Notes: generated by a model not told the origin, from the sequence alone. Shown: positions 17,526-27,290, counted from the stretch's first letter. The stretch is 41,064 bases of DNA from an uncultured Eubacteriales bacterium (GCA_905187655.1 CAJJIV010000002.1:1-41064), one strand, 5' to 3'. Translations and numbers: made by a program.

Positions 17526-18854
17526 ATGGATTTGCAAAAAAAAGTTTTAAATACAATTAAAGAACATAAATTAATTAACCATGGTGAGCAAGTAGCAGTT
17601 GCTGTAAGCGGTGGTGCAGACTCGGTTGCTCTTTTGGTAATTTTAAATAATATTAAAAAAGAACTTGGCTTTGGCCTTTGTGCTATTCATATTAATCACA
17701 ATATTCGTGGCGCCGAAAGTGACCGAGATGAAGAATTTGTTAAATCTTTATGTAAACAGCTTTGTCTTAAACTTTATACTCAAAATGTATTTCCGCTTAA
17801 AGACAAAGCGCAACAAAAGAAGACCTTGGAGCAATCGGCAAGAGATTTAAGATATATGGCAATGAATGATATTGCTAATAAAAATAATATAGATAAAATT
17901 GCACTTGCACATCATAAAGGGGACCAAGCTGAAACAATTTTAATGCACCTGTATCGTGGTTCACTTTTTAATGGTCTTATTGGAATGAGATACCTTTCAA
18001 ACAACTTAATTAGACCATTTTTAGATGTAACTAAGGGTGAAATATTGGAATATTTAAAAAGTATTGGGCAAAATTATATGACCGACACAACCAATATTGA
18101 TAATAACTATTCTCGCAATTTTGTGCGTAATGTTGTTTTAAAAGGTATGGAAGAAAACAATAAATCAATTATAGATTATATTGTAAATTTAGGTAAAAAA
18201 GCAAATTTGCTTGAAACTGAATTTAATAAAATTTTGCCAATGAATTTAATCAAATATTCTAATTCAGGGACTCTTATTTGCAAGGAAGCACAGACTTTGC
18301 CTTATGAAGTCTTAACTAGGCTTGTTAGAGCTGGGGTGGAAAAGGAGATAAGTTTAGTTGACTTTGAAGAAAAACATATTAATAAAATTATAGATTGCTT
18401 TAATTTACAAATTGGTAAAAAAATAAATTTGCCACATGAATTAATTGCAATGAATCAATATGCTGGCGTGCTTCTATATAAAAAACAAAATAAAACCGAA
18501 ATTTCTTTTAATAGGTCTTATGTCGGAGTTGAAGAATTTGTATTTAACAACAAAGTCATTCATTTAAGTTTAAACAAACCCGATTGCAACTGTTTAATGT
18601 TAGACTTAAACAAAGTGCCAAAGTCTGCCGAATGGAGAGTATACAAAAGTGGCGACAATTTCACTAAATTTGGTGGCGGAACTAAACCACTAAAAGAATA
18701 CTTTACAGGCAAAAAAATTTCTGCCAGGGAACGCAACGAATTACTTTTACTTTGTGACAAAAATAATGTTTTGGCAATTTGTGGTGTTGAAATAAGTGAG
18801 AAGGTTAAAGTTGATAAAGAAACAAAGGTTTTAGGGTATTTATGGCAAGAATAG
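17526..18854 (+). CDS. tilS: tRNA(Ile)-lysidine synthetase
   Basis: PP-loop SGGADS and a C-terminal TilS_C-like domain (GGTKPLKEYFTGKKISARERN...). spoIIE-tilS proximity as in Bacillus. The track start 17466 overlaps spoIIE, so I rejected it. Confidence 0.9.
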   Translation: MDLQKKVLNTIKEHKLINHGEQVAVAVSGGADSVALLVILNNIKKELGFGLCAIHINHNIRGAESDRDEEFVKSLCKQLCLKLYTQNVFPLKDKAQQKKTLEQSARDLRYMAMNDIANKNNIDKIALAHHKGDQAETILMHLYRGSLFNGLIGMRYLSNNLIRPFLDVTKGEILEYLKSIGQNYMTDTTNIDNNYSRNFVRNVVLKGMEENNKSIIDYIVNLGKKANLLETEFNKILPMNLIKYSNSGTLICKEAQTLPYEVLTRLVRAGVEKEISLVDFEEKHINKIIDCFNLQIGKKINLPHELIAMNQYAGVLLYKKQNKTEISFNRSYVGVEEFVFNNKVIHLSLNKPDCNCLMLDLNKVPKSAEWRVYKSGDNFTKFGGGTKPLKEYFTGKKISARERNELLLLCDKNNVLAICGVEISEKVKVDKETKVLGYLWQE

Positions 18855-19552
18855 TAGTTCCCACAATTATTAAAGACCTTGCAAATTTTGCAAAGACAAA
18901 AAATAAGCAAGTTTACTTGGTTGGTGGTGCGGTGCGAGATTGGTTAATTGATAACAATAAACGGCTTTTAGATTTTGATGTTTGCGGAGATTTAACAATT
19001 GATGAAATTGTCGAATTTGCTTATAATTGTGGCTACAAAATAAAAGAAAAAGTAACAGGCATTGAAGTAATTAAGTTTGATGGAGAAGTGTCAGTCCAAT
19101 ATGCAAGAATTAGAAGCGAAGAATACAAAAAAGAGACAAATCATTTTCCAAGCAATGTAAAATTTGATGTAGATTTAAAGGATGATGCGAGAAGAAGGGA
19201 TTTTACAATAAACGCAATTTATTACGATTTAAATTCCTTTAAAATACTTGATTTTTTTAATGGTATGTCTGACATAACAGATAAAATTATTAGGCAAATT
19301 TGCGATAACAATTTTCATAGTTTAAGCTTTGACCCAGAACGTATTTTAAGAATGGTTGAATTATCAATTAGATTAAATTTTAAAATAGAAGAACAGACTT
19401 TAAACTTGGCATTTAGTAAAAAAAATAATTTAAAATTGCTTAGTAAAGATAGATTTAATATACTTATAAGTAAAATTAAAAGTGAGTATAATGGAAGTCT
19501 ACAACAAAAACAACTATTGGAACAATTTGATTTATTGAAATACATTTTTTAG
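18842..19552 (+). CDS. short nucleotidyltransferase, poly(A) polymerase/CCA-adding head domain only
   Basis: 236 aa. GGAVRD...DFDV catalytic motif and RRRDFTINA motif. Lacks the usual roughly 150-200 aa neck/body/tail. The ATG overlaps the tilS stop by 13 nt. Confidence 0.7.
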   Translation: MARIVVPTIIKDLANFAKTKNKQVYLVGGAVRDWLIDNNKRLLDFDVCGDLTIDEIVEFAYNCGYKIKEKVTGIEVIKFDGEVSVQYARIRSEEYKKETNHFPSNVKFDVDLKDDARRRDFTINAIYYDLNSFKILDFFNGMSDITDKIIRQICDNNFHSLSFDPERILRMVELSIRLNFKIEEQTLNLAFSKKNNLKLLSKDRFNILISKIKSEYNGSLQQKQLLEQFDLLKYIF

Positions 19553-19587
19553 TAATAAAAATTGGGATAATTACAGAAAATAGTGGT

Positions 19588-20703
19588 ATGAGAAAATTTG
19601 TATTACCACTATTTGTTTTTACCCTTTTATTTCTTTCATTTAATTTTATACCGGTATGCAATATTAAGGCTTTTGCAAATGAAAAAAATGAAGTGGTAGT
19701 TTCTGTTTATTTGCAAGATAAGTGCTATGAAATGCATTTAAAATTTAGAAATGATAAAATTTTAAATGAATATAAACAAATTATATTACGAACTAATTCT
19801 ATGGGGTTTACTAATGATGTTGTGGCAAAATATTTGTTTATTAATTATGAAGAAGAATTAGAAAAACTTAAACTTCAAATTGAACATGAAGCAGTAGATT
19901 CTGTGGTAGAAGTTACAAGTGGAAATGCATATGTAACGAAGGAACAATCTGGGCAAAGAATTGATACAAAATATTTGGATTACAGTATTCTTAATTACTT
20001 GGTTTTTAACAAAAAAATTGAACTTGTAATTAAAACTGAAGATGCAAAAATTTGTTATGCCGATAATATTAAATTTTCAAATCTAAAATCTTCGTTTGTA
20101 ACGTACATTTGGGGAATTAATCAAGAAGGACGAATTAACAATATTTCTGTGGCATTGTCTAAGTTTAATGGAAAAGTGGTTGCACCTGGTGAAGTTGTTT
20201 CTTTTAATAGAGTTGTAGGTGAAACAAGTGAAAAAAATGGCTTTAAAAAAGCAAAAATTATTGTAAATGGCGAATATGTTGATGATTTTGGAGGTGGCGT
20301 GTGTCAGTCAGCAACAACGCTTTATAATGCACTTTTGCTTGCAGGTGTTGAAATTATAGAAGCAAATCCACATAGCCTTAAAGTTGGTTACGTAAAAGGG
20401 TCGTTTGATGCAATGGTTGCCACAGGAATTAGTGACCTTGTATTTAAAAATAATACTGGTGGTAATATATATATTTATACCTATTGTAATGGACAAGAGT
20501 GTGGAGTTAAAATTTTTGGTGAAGAAAACGAATATGAAATTAAACAGAGAAGCGAAAATTTAGACTTTTCTGCTGAAGAGTATCCTAATATCGCATATAA
20601 AACAGCGGGGTACTTAGAGTATTATAAAGATGGCATAAAAATTAAGGAAGAGTGTATAAGAAGGGATAATTACTATAAACTTAAAGAAAAGACTGCTGTT
20701 TAA
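19588..20703 (+). CDS. VanW family protein
   Basis: N-terminal signal/TM (FVLPLFVFTLLFLSFNFIPV). VanW core GGGVCQSATTLYNALLLAG. Confidence 0.8.
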   Translation: MRKFVLPLFVFTLLFLSFNFIPVCNIKAFANEKNEVVVSVYLQDKCYEMHLKFRNDKILNEYKQIILRTNSMGFTNDVVAKYLFINYEEELEKLKLQIEHEAVDSVVEVTSGNAYVTKEQSGQRIDTKYLDYSILNYLVFNKKIELVIKTEDAKICYADNIKFSNLKSSFVTYIWGINQEGRINNISVALSKFNGKVVAPGEVVSFNRVVGETSEKNGFKKAKIIVNGEYVDDFGGGVCQSATTLYNALLLAGVEIIEANPHSLKVGYVKGSFDAMVATGISDLVFKNNTGGNIYIYTYCNGQECGVKIFGEENEYEIKQRSENLDFSAEEYPNIAYKTAGYLEYYKDGIKIKEECIRRDNYYKLKEKTAV

Positions 20704-20761
20704 AAACTTTGCTTTTGTTAATAATTATAAAAACATCTTAAAGTTAGGGGAGTATTTTTAT

Positions 20762-20998
20762 ATGAGAAAAGCAACAAAAACATTGGGAGAAGTTATAGAA
20801 GAAATTAAACAAATGCAAGGGAAAAATGTCAATATGGAAGTAAATAGAGGTAGAAAGCGTATTGAAAAATATGTAGCCGTTATTGAAAAAGTGTACCCAA
20901 GTGTGTTTACGGTTTCTATTAAACATCCAGAAAACAAAGGGAACCAAAGTTATAGTTATAGCGATGTCCTTTGTGGAGATGTTAAAATAAAATTTTAA
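20762..20998 (+). CDS. veg: Veg family protein (DUF1021)
   Basis: 78 aa. Resembles B. subtilis Veg as I recall it (...YPSVFTV...SYSYSDVL...). Confidence 0.8.
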   Translation: MRKATKTLGEVIEEIKQMQGKNVNMEVNRGRKRIEKYVAVIEKVYPSVFTVSIKHPENKGNQSYSYSDVLCGDVKIKF

Positions 20999-21065
20999 AA
21001 AATTGTCATAAATTTGGTTTGTTGTCATTACAATATACTATCAAATGTAAAAGGAGGATAAAAGT

Positions 21066-22568
21066 GTGGCTTTTAATTCTTCCACTAAAAAAGTGGCAAC
21101 AACAAAACTGATAAAAGTTGTAGAAACAAAGGTAAATGGACATTATAACACCGATGAGTCGAACGCAATAGATAAAGTTCTAGATGGTTATGGACTTTGT
21201 TTTATTGAAGCAAGCGAAAAATTTGGAGACAATTTTCAAATTTCAGGAAAGGCAAATTTTGTATCTGTTTATGCCGATGAGAACAAACTGCTTTGCAGTG
21301 AAAGTTTGGCTTTGGATTTTAATGAAAAGGTGGCAGTGGGTGATGCAGATGGACTTTATTGTAAGCCAACAATTAAGTCTATTAAGCAAACAAGAGAAAC
21401 TCCAAACATTGTTGACGTTTCATTAATTATTGAACTTGCTATATATGGAATTACCAGTGACACACTGGTCGTTTTAAATGGTGGTAATGATGGTTACTAT
21501 GAAGTTTCTAAACAAATTGAAGTTGAAGAAGTTGTATGTCAAAACAATTCTTCTTTTACTGTGCCAGAAGAATTTGAGATTAATGAAGATGTAACTAAAA
21601 TGATTAGTAGTGAAGCGAGTTTGGTTGTAAATAAGGTCACGCCAAATGAAAATTACGTTGTTGTTGATGGTACCATTACTAGAAATTTTGTATTTATGGT
21701 AGGGGATATCATCAAAAAAATGCAAAGAAAATTAGATTTTAGTCAAGAAATCTCACTATTAAACATAACTAGCAGTGCAATATTAGATGCTAAATTCAAT
21801 CTTGCTTCTAACAATGTATCAATAGCAATTAATGAAGACCACACCAGAACACTAGTGACAACAGAATCGGTTATTCAAGTTGCGCTTTGGGCAAAGGAGA
21901 GAACACCACTGAATGTGGTAGAAGATATCTTTTCAATAAACAGCGACTTGAAGTTAGATGCAAGCAGTTTTAACAACATAAAAAGCCAAGGTCTATTTAC
22001 ATTAACTGACCGAGTAAACACCTTAGTAGATGTGCAAGATAAAAAACGTTTAGATGAAATTGTTGCACTTGGAAGAACTTCTACTGTGTTAGAAGATTGC
22101 TCAGTTACTAATGGAGTAGTTAATATTTCAGGTAAAATTAAACAAATTGTCATTGGTAAAAATTATGATAACGAAGAATTATATTCTTTTATGGTAGAAT
22201 CGCCGTTTGTAATTCAAGGTCCTACAGCAGAAAATGTTGTTAGAGGTGAAGTAATATGTGATGTAGTGGCAAGGCCTATTAGTTATAAAAACAAAGCTGG
22301 AAGAGATATTTCGTTGGTATATGACTTAGATGCAATGGTTAGTGTTAAAGCAGAGGAAGTTGAATGTTATATAACTAATGTAACTGAAGAACCAAATTTA
22401 ATAAAAAGGGAACACAATATAATTATTTATAACACCGAAGCAAATGAGACTTTATTTGAAGTTGCCAAAAAACTTAAAGTTGCACCAGATATTATTTTGG
22501 CACAAAATCCAAACTTGTCTGATGGTGCACCGCTAGGAAAAATTGTAGTATATACGAAATGTAATTAA
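21066..22568 (+). CDS. DUF3794/SPOCS-domain protein with C-terminal LysM (spore-associated family)
   Basis: GTG start after AAAGGAGGA. Repeated beta-rich DUF3794-like region. C-terminal LysM-like segment (IIIYNTEANETLFEVAKKLKVAPDIILAQNPNL). Confidence 0.65.
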   Translation: MAFNSSTKKVATTKLIKVVETKVNGHYNTDESNAIDKVLDGYGLCFIEASEKFGDNFQISGKANFVSVYADENKLLCSESLALDFNEKVAVGDADGLYCKPTIKSIKQTRETPNIVDVSLIIELAIYGITSDTLVVLNGGNDGYYEVSKQIEVEEVVCQNNSSFTVPEEFEINEDVTKMISSEASLVVNKVTPNENYVVVDGTITRNFVFMVGDIIKKMQRKLDFSQEISLLNITSSAILDAKFNLASNNVSIAINEDHTRTLVTTESVIQVALWAKERTPLNVVEDIFSINSDLKLDASSFNNIKSQGLFTLTDRVNTLVDVQDKKRLDEIVALGRTSTVLEDCSVTNGVVNISGKIKQIVIGKNYDNEELYSFMVESPFVIQGPTAENVVRGEVICDVVARPISYKNKAGRDISLVYDLDAMVSVKAEEVECYITNVTEEPNLIKREHNIIIYNTEANETLFEVAKKLKVAPDIILAQNPNLSDGAPLGKIVVYTKCN

Positions 22569-22581
22569 AATTGAAATAACT

Positions 22582-22611
22582 AAAAAGCACTTAGTAATCT
22601 AAGTGCTTTTT
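22582..22611. terminator. bidirectional terminator between convergent genes
   Basis: Stem AGCACTTAG / CTAAGTGCT (22586-22594 / 22599-22607) flanked by A5 and T4. Confidence 0.8.
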
Positions 22612-22666
22612 AGTATTCTGTTAGACATAAGTTATGGGAAATAAAGCATTTTTGGGGGTATGGAGT

Positions 22667-24139
22667 TTATAATTTTCTTATTAAACTTTCATGCCAAGCC
22701 TTAAATCTTGAACCAAATTCTACTACTAAGTTCTTCTTAGGTGAATATTTATTGCTAATTTTTATAAGGTTTTGCAAATTCTCTGGGGAGTAAGTTTTGC
22801 TGTCGTAAGAAACCAATGCTAAATATATTGCTCCCATAGAAGTACTTTCGCTTTCTGTCATTTTAAGCACGTTAATTTTAGATGTATTAGCTTGTGCTAT
22901 AAGTAAATACTCAGTTTTACTAACTCCGCCATCGCACCTTAGTTCGTTAACATTGTAATTTATGCTTCTAAGATAACTTAATATTTCTTCTAGGCTAAAT
23001 GCAAAACTATCTATTGTAGCCTTAACAATATCATTTTTAGTTGAACCAAGGGTTAAACCTGTTATGCTTGCTTTTATGTTTGGGTTCCAGTATGGGGCAC
23101 CAATTCCGGTAAATGTAGGCAAAACATTAACTCCGTTATATTCTGTTGTAGTGCAGATTTTGTTAAGCATATTATAATCTTCAAATAAACTAAGCTGGTT
23201 TTTAACAAAGTTTAAGCAACTGCCTACATTAAAAATACTTCCTTCTATGGCATAGGTGGTTTTGCCATTAATTGAGTAAGCAACTGTGTTTAATAGCTTT
23301 TGATTATTTTCAGCAATTTTGTTGCCATTATTCATTAAGAAAAAGCCCCCAGTGCCATATGTCATTTTGGCACTACCTTCGGTAAAACAACCTTGTCCAA
23401 ATAGGCTGGATTGTTGGTCACCAATAATTGAAAGAATAGGTACACTTAGTCCGCAAACTTCTGCCATACCAAAATTATCTGCGGAATTAAGTATCTTTGG
23501 TAAATATTCTTTTTTAATTCCAAAAAATTTAAGCAAATCTCCGCTGTATTCAAATGGGTTAGTTATATCTACCAAAAGCGTACGACTTGCGTTTGTTGTG
23601 TCGGTGTAATAACCTGCTCCGTTTGAAAGTTTATATACAAGATAGGCATCAATAGTGCAAAGAGCAAGTTCGTTAGTTTTTGTAGATTTTACCTGTTTAT
23701 TGTTTGCAAGTAACCATGCCATTTTTGTTGCACTAAAATAACTGTCTAAAATTAAACCAGTTGTATCTTTAATTCTTTTGCGGTCTTTTTCACTAACATT
23801 TTCGCAAAAATCAGCGGTGCGTTTGCACTGCCAGCTTATTATTGGTGCAAGAACTTTGCCTGTGGTTTTGTTAAAGGCAACAACGGCTTCGCGTTGGTTG
23901 GTTATTGCAATTCCAATAACATCGCTTGATGTCAATTTTTCACCAGATACAAGGTCTGATATAGAAGTCTTTACCTTTTCCCAAATTTCTTCTGCATTTT
24001 GTTCTACGTAGCCTAGTTTTGGATAGGTGGTAGAGATAGGAAGGCTATGTGATCGAATTACTTTATGTTTGGTTGTATCGTAAAGAATAGCACGTTCGCT
24101 AGTTGTTCCTTCATCTATGGCAATTATATATTTTTTCAC
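22667..24139 (-). CDS. glpK: glycerol kinase (FGGY family)
   Basis: KKYIIAIDEGTTSERAILYD N-terminus and FGGY N- and C-terminal domains over the full length. I chose the GTG start at 24139, which follows AAGGAG, over the upstream track ATG at 24190. Confidence 0.9.
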   Translation of the reverse strand: MKKYIIAIDEGTTSERAILYDTTKHKVIRSHSLPISTTYPKLGYVEQNAEEIWEKVKTSISDLVSGEKLTSSDVIGIAITNQREAVVAFNKTTGKVLAPIISWQCKRTADFCENVSEKDRKRIKDTTGLILDSYFSATKMAWLLANNKQVKSTKTNELALCTIDAYLVYKLSNGAGYYTDTTNASRTLLVDITNPFEYSGDLLKFFGIKKEYLPKILNSADNFGMAEVCGLSVPILSIIGDQQSSLFGQGCFTEGSAKMTYGTGGFFLMNNGNKIAENNQKLLNTVAYSINGKTTYAIEGSIFNVGSCLNFVKNQLSLFEDYNMLNKICTTTEYNGVNVLPTFTGIGAPYWNPNIKASITGLTLGSTKNDIVKATIDSFAFSLEEILSYLRSINYNVNELRCDGGVSKTEYLLIAQANTSKINVLKMTESESTSMGAIYLALVSYDSKTYSPENLQNLIKISNKYSPKKNLVVEFGSRFKAWHESLIRKL

Positions 24140-24323
24140 TTTATACTCCTTTATTAATTTCATTGTAGCAAAAAAAATAAAATGTGGCAACTAATAAAAC
24201 TAGGTGTTGCCTTTTTTATTAATTTGTGTTATCTTATTAATTAATTTAAAAGTACTTTTAGTTATTATGTACAAATTATATGTTTTTTTTAAAATATATT
24301 TGGGCATTATTTTTATAAAACCG

Positions 24324-24352
24324 TTGACAAAATTGTAGCTGTGTGGTAAAGT
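24324..24352 (+). promoter_or_regulatory. putative sigma-A promoter of rpmG-secE-nusG
   Basis: TTGACA (24324-24329), 17-nt spacer, TGgTAAAGT (-10 at 24347-24352). Confidence 0.55.
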
Positions 24353-24404
24353 ATAGGCACACTCACCAGTTTAGGGGGTGTTAATTTTTTGGGAGAAATT
24401 TTTT

Positions 24405-24554
24405 ATGAGAACTAAAATTACATTGGAATGCACTGAATGCAAAGAAAGAAACTATGACAACTACAAGAATAAGAAAAACGACCCAGATAGACTAGAAATG
24501 AAAAAATATTGTCCTCGTTGCAAAAAACATACTGCACACAAAGAAACAAAGTAG
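24405..24554 (+). CDS. rpmG: 50S ribosomal protein L33 (absent from the ORF track)
   Basis: 49 aa: [49 protein letters not shown]. Zn-ribbon CxxC...CxxC. Canonical position before secE. Confidence 0.92.
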   Translation: MRTKITLECTECKERNYDNYKNKKNDPDRLEMKKYCPRCKKHTAHKETK

Positions 24555-24581
24555 TTTATAAATTCTTGGGGGTATTTTAAG

Positions 24582-24941
24582 GTGGCTAAAAACAAAAAAA
24601 TAGACAACACCGAAGAAACTATGGTTCCTAATGGTGTTCAGCCAAATGAAAGTGCGGTTGAAAGCACTGAAACGCCAGTAGAAGTTAAAGTTAAAGAAAG
24701 TAAGAAGAAAGATAAAGCCAATACAGATAAAAAGGCAAACAACAAAAAGGCTAATAAGGAACCTAAAAAGAGCAAAACCAAAGAAACTTTTGCCGAACTT
24801 AAAAAGGTTACTTGGCCTTCATTTGGCAAGACAATGAAGCAAACCGGAATGGTGCTTTCAATAGTCTTAATTTTTGGTGTAGTTGTGCTTGGCATTAACA
24901 CACTTCTTGGGTACTTAATAAAGTTGCTTACAAATATTTAG
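24582..24941 (+). CDS. secE: preprotein translocase subunit SecE with a Lys-rich N-terminal extension
   Basis: GTG start. C-terminal 60 aa is SecE-like (ELKKVTWPS...single TM MVLSIVLIFGVVVLGI). Lies between rpmG and nusG. Confidence 0.85.
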   Translation: MAKNKKIDNTEETMVPNGVQPNESAVESTETPVEVKVKESKKKDKANTDKKANNKKANKEPKKSKTKETFAELKKVTWPSFGKTMKQTGMVLSIVLIFGVVVLGINTLLGYLIKLLTNI

Positions 24942-24959
24942 TTTTGGGGAGTATTATTT

Positions 24960-25490
24960 ATGGAAAATAACGCACAAGAAGAAGCAAAGTGGTATGTTGT
25001 TCACACCTTTTCCGGCTATGAAAATATGGTGCAAGATAACCTATACAAGGTTATTGAAAAGAATAATCTTCAAGATGATATTTTAGAAGTTCAAATTCCT
25101 ATGGAAGATACCATTGAAGAAAAGAATGGCAAAAAGAAGGTTGTTCAGCACAAGATGTTTCCTTGCTATGTGTTAGTTAAAATGAGATATCGTGATTCAC
25201 TTTGGCATACGATTGTTAACACAAGAGGGGTAACTGGTTTTGTGGGCCCTGCTGGCAGACCATTGCCTTTAACCGAAGAAGAAATAAGAAGAATGCGACT
25301 TGAAAAAGTTAGTGTAAACTTTAAAGTTTCGGTTGGAGATAAAGTAAAAATCGTTATGGGTCCGCTTGAAGGCTTTGCAGGTGAAGTTCTTGAAATTGAC
25401 AATGAAAATCAAAAGTGCAAGGTTAACATTTCTATGTTTAACCGTAAAACAACAGTAGATTTAGATTATTCTCAAATTGAAATTATATAA
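24960..25490 (+). CDS. nusG: transcription termination/antitermination factor NusG
   Basis: NGN domain (WYVVHTFSGYENMV) and KOW motif (GDKVKIVMGPLEGFAGEV). Confidence 0.95.
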   Translation: MENNAQEEAKWYVVHTFSGYENMVQDNLYKVIEKNNLQDDILEVQIPMEDTIEEKNGKKKVVQHKMFPCYVLVKMRYRDSLWHTIVNTRGVTGFVGPAGRPLPLTEEEIRRMRLEKVSVNFKVSVGDKVKIVMGPLEGFAGEVLEIDNENQKCKVNISMFNRKTTVDLDYSQIEII

Positions 25491-25600
25491 ATGATTTTTT
25501 CTAGCATTTGCTAGTTAAAATATACATTGTGGGAGAAGTAAATTTGTTCAATGCTTCACTAAACCACAGAAACCTAATTATTAGGTAAGGAGAAAATATT

Positions 25601-26029
25601 ATGGCAGCAAAAAAATTAAAAGCCGTAGTTAAGTTGCAATTACCTGCAGGTAAAGCAACAGCAGGTCCTCCAGTTGGTAGTTCACTTGGACCTCATGGAA
25701 TTAACATCCCTGGATTTGTTAAAGAATTTAACGAAAGAACTGCATCACAAGCTGGTTTAATTATTCCAGTTGTTATGACTATTTATCAAGATAGGTCATT
25801 TACATTTATTTTAAAAACTCCACCAGTTCCAGTACTTATTTTAAAAGCACTAGGCATTGAAAGTGGTAGTGGTAAGCCAAACCGAGATAAGGTTGGCAAA
25901 TTAACAAAGGCACAAGTTAAAGAAATTGCCGAGTTAAAACTTAAAGACTTAAATACAACTAACATTGAGTCTGCTATGAGTATGGTTAAGGGCACTGCTA
26001 GAAGCATGGGCGTAACCGTTGAAGACTAA
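25601..26029 (+). CDS. rplK: 50S ribosomal protein L11
   Basis: 142 aa; [25 protein letters not shown] is a canonical L11 N-terminus. Confidence 0.97.
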   Translation: MAAKKLKAVVKLQLPAGKATAGPPVGSSLGPHGINIPGFVKEFNERTASQAGLIIPVVMTIYQDRSFTFILKTPPVPVLILKALGIESGSGKPNRDKVGKLTKAQVKEIAELKLKDLNTTNIESAMSMVKGTARSMGVTVED

Positions 26030-26047
26030 GGAAGGGGGGAGAGTAGA

Positions 26048-26737
26048 ATGAAAGACGGAAAACGCTTAATTGAAGCTAAAAAGCTTGTAGATCATAGCAA
26101 AACTTACGATGTTGCAGATGCTATGGATACTGTTATTAAAACGGCAACTGCTAAGTTTGATGAAAGCATTGAATTGCATGTTAAACTTGGTGTAGATGGT
26201 AGAAACGCTGACCAACAAGTAAGAGGTACAGTTGTTCTTCCTCATGGTACTGGTAAGGAACGCAAAGTATTGGTTATTGCTAAGGGCGATAAGGCAACTG
26301 AAGCTACTAATGCTGGTGCAGACTTTGTTGGTGCAGAAGAAATGATTGCTAAAATACAAAACGAAAACTGGTTAGGATTTGACGCATGCATTACCACTCC
26401 TGATATGATGGGTCTAGTTGGTAGAATTGCTAAAATTCTTGGACCAAGAGGCTTAATGCCAAACCCAAAATCTGGTACTGTTACTGCCGATGTTACAAAG
26501 GCTATTAAAGATGTTAAAGCCGGTAAAGTTGAATATAGGCTAGACAAGAGCAACATTATTCACGTTATTGTTGGCAAAAAGAGTTTTGGTAAAGACAAAC
26601 TTGTTGATAACTTTAACGCAATTATGGATGCTATTGTTAAGGCTAAACCACAAGCCGCAAAAGGTCAGTACTTAAAGAGTGTTAACATTGCTAGTACAAT
26701 GGGGCCTGGAATTAAAGTTAACTATAAAATGGCATAA
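26048..26737 (+). CDS. rplA: 50S ribosomal protein L1
   Basis: 229 aa; canonical L1 sequence ([23 protein letters not shown]). Confidence 0.97.
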   Translation: MKDGKRLIEAKKLVDHSKTYDVADAMDTVIKTATAKFDESIELHVKLGVDGRNADQQVRGTVVLPHGTGKERKVLVIAKGDKATEATNAGADFVGAEEMIAKIQNENWLGFDACITTPDMMGLVGRIAKILGPRGLMPNPKSGTVTADVTKAIKDVKAGKVEYRLDKSNIIHVIVGKKSFGKDKLVDNFNAIMDAIVKAKPQAAKGQYLKSVNIASTMGPGIKVNYKMA

Positions 26738-26741
26738 TTTT

Positions 26742-26775
26742 AAACTCCAAGAAATTCTTGGAGTTTTCTTTTTTT
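26742..26775 (+). terminator. rho-independent terminator after rplA
   Basis: 10-bp stem AAACTCCAAG / CTTGGAGTTT (26742-26751 / 26757-26766) followed by TTTTCTTTTTTT. Confidence 0.8.
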
Positions 26776-26831
26776 ATAATTACCTAATTTTAGACTTTTG
26801 CATATTTTAAAGTAGTAAGGGGTAAATTATA

Positions 26832-27290
26832 ATGGAAGACAAGATAACTAGTGCGTATGAAGAATTTAATAGCCTGGGTGGTTATGCAGTTATAGAAGTT
26901 GATGATGAATATAACAGGTGCGGAGTAAGTTATTTTAACTGTGCTCACAAACTTTGTTATCATGGAGTTATGGGAAATTTGGCAACGACCTTAATAAGAT
27001 CTGGTCTAGCTTCACCATATACCGATGATATAAGGGGTTTTAAGGCCGGGTCGGTACAAAATATAAACAAGTTTAAAACCTTAACACATAATTTAGAACA
27101 CATTATGTTAAGAGGGTATGTTAAAACTGTTATAGTAAAAAAAATGGAAGATGGTTATGAGACTCTTGGTGTATTAAAAAATGGAGAACGTACCATTGTT
27201 CATAAAAATGCAGTCGCAGATTGTTTATATTCAATTTATAATAATGCAAGTTTTTGGACTTGTGGTGCAGAAGAAGAGCAAAAAATATAA
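26832..27290 (+). CDS. hypothetical protein (152 aa) between rplA and rplJ
   Basis: ORF with an AAGGGG SD. Contains the Cys/His cluster CGVSYFNCAHKLCYH. No family recognised. Confidence 0.55.
   Translation: MEDKITSAYEEFNSLGGYAVIEVDDEYNRCGVSYFNCAHKLCYHGVMGNLATTLIRSGLASPYTDDIRGFKAGSVQNINKFKTLTHNLEHIMLRGYVKTVIVKKMEDGYETLGVLKNGERTIVHKNAVADCLYSIYNNASFWTCGAEEEQKI

Noticed and set aside
20744-21028. 94-aa minus-strand ORF covering veg.
   Set aside because: It is antisense to a recognisable Veg homologue that has an SD. The product is Phe/Asn-rich low-complexity sequence.
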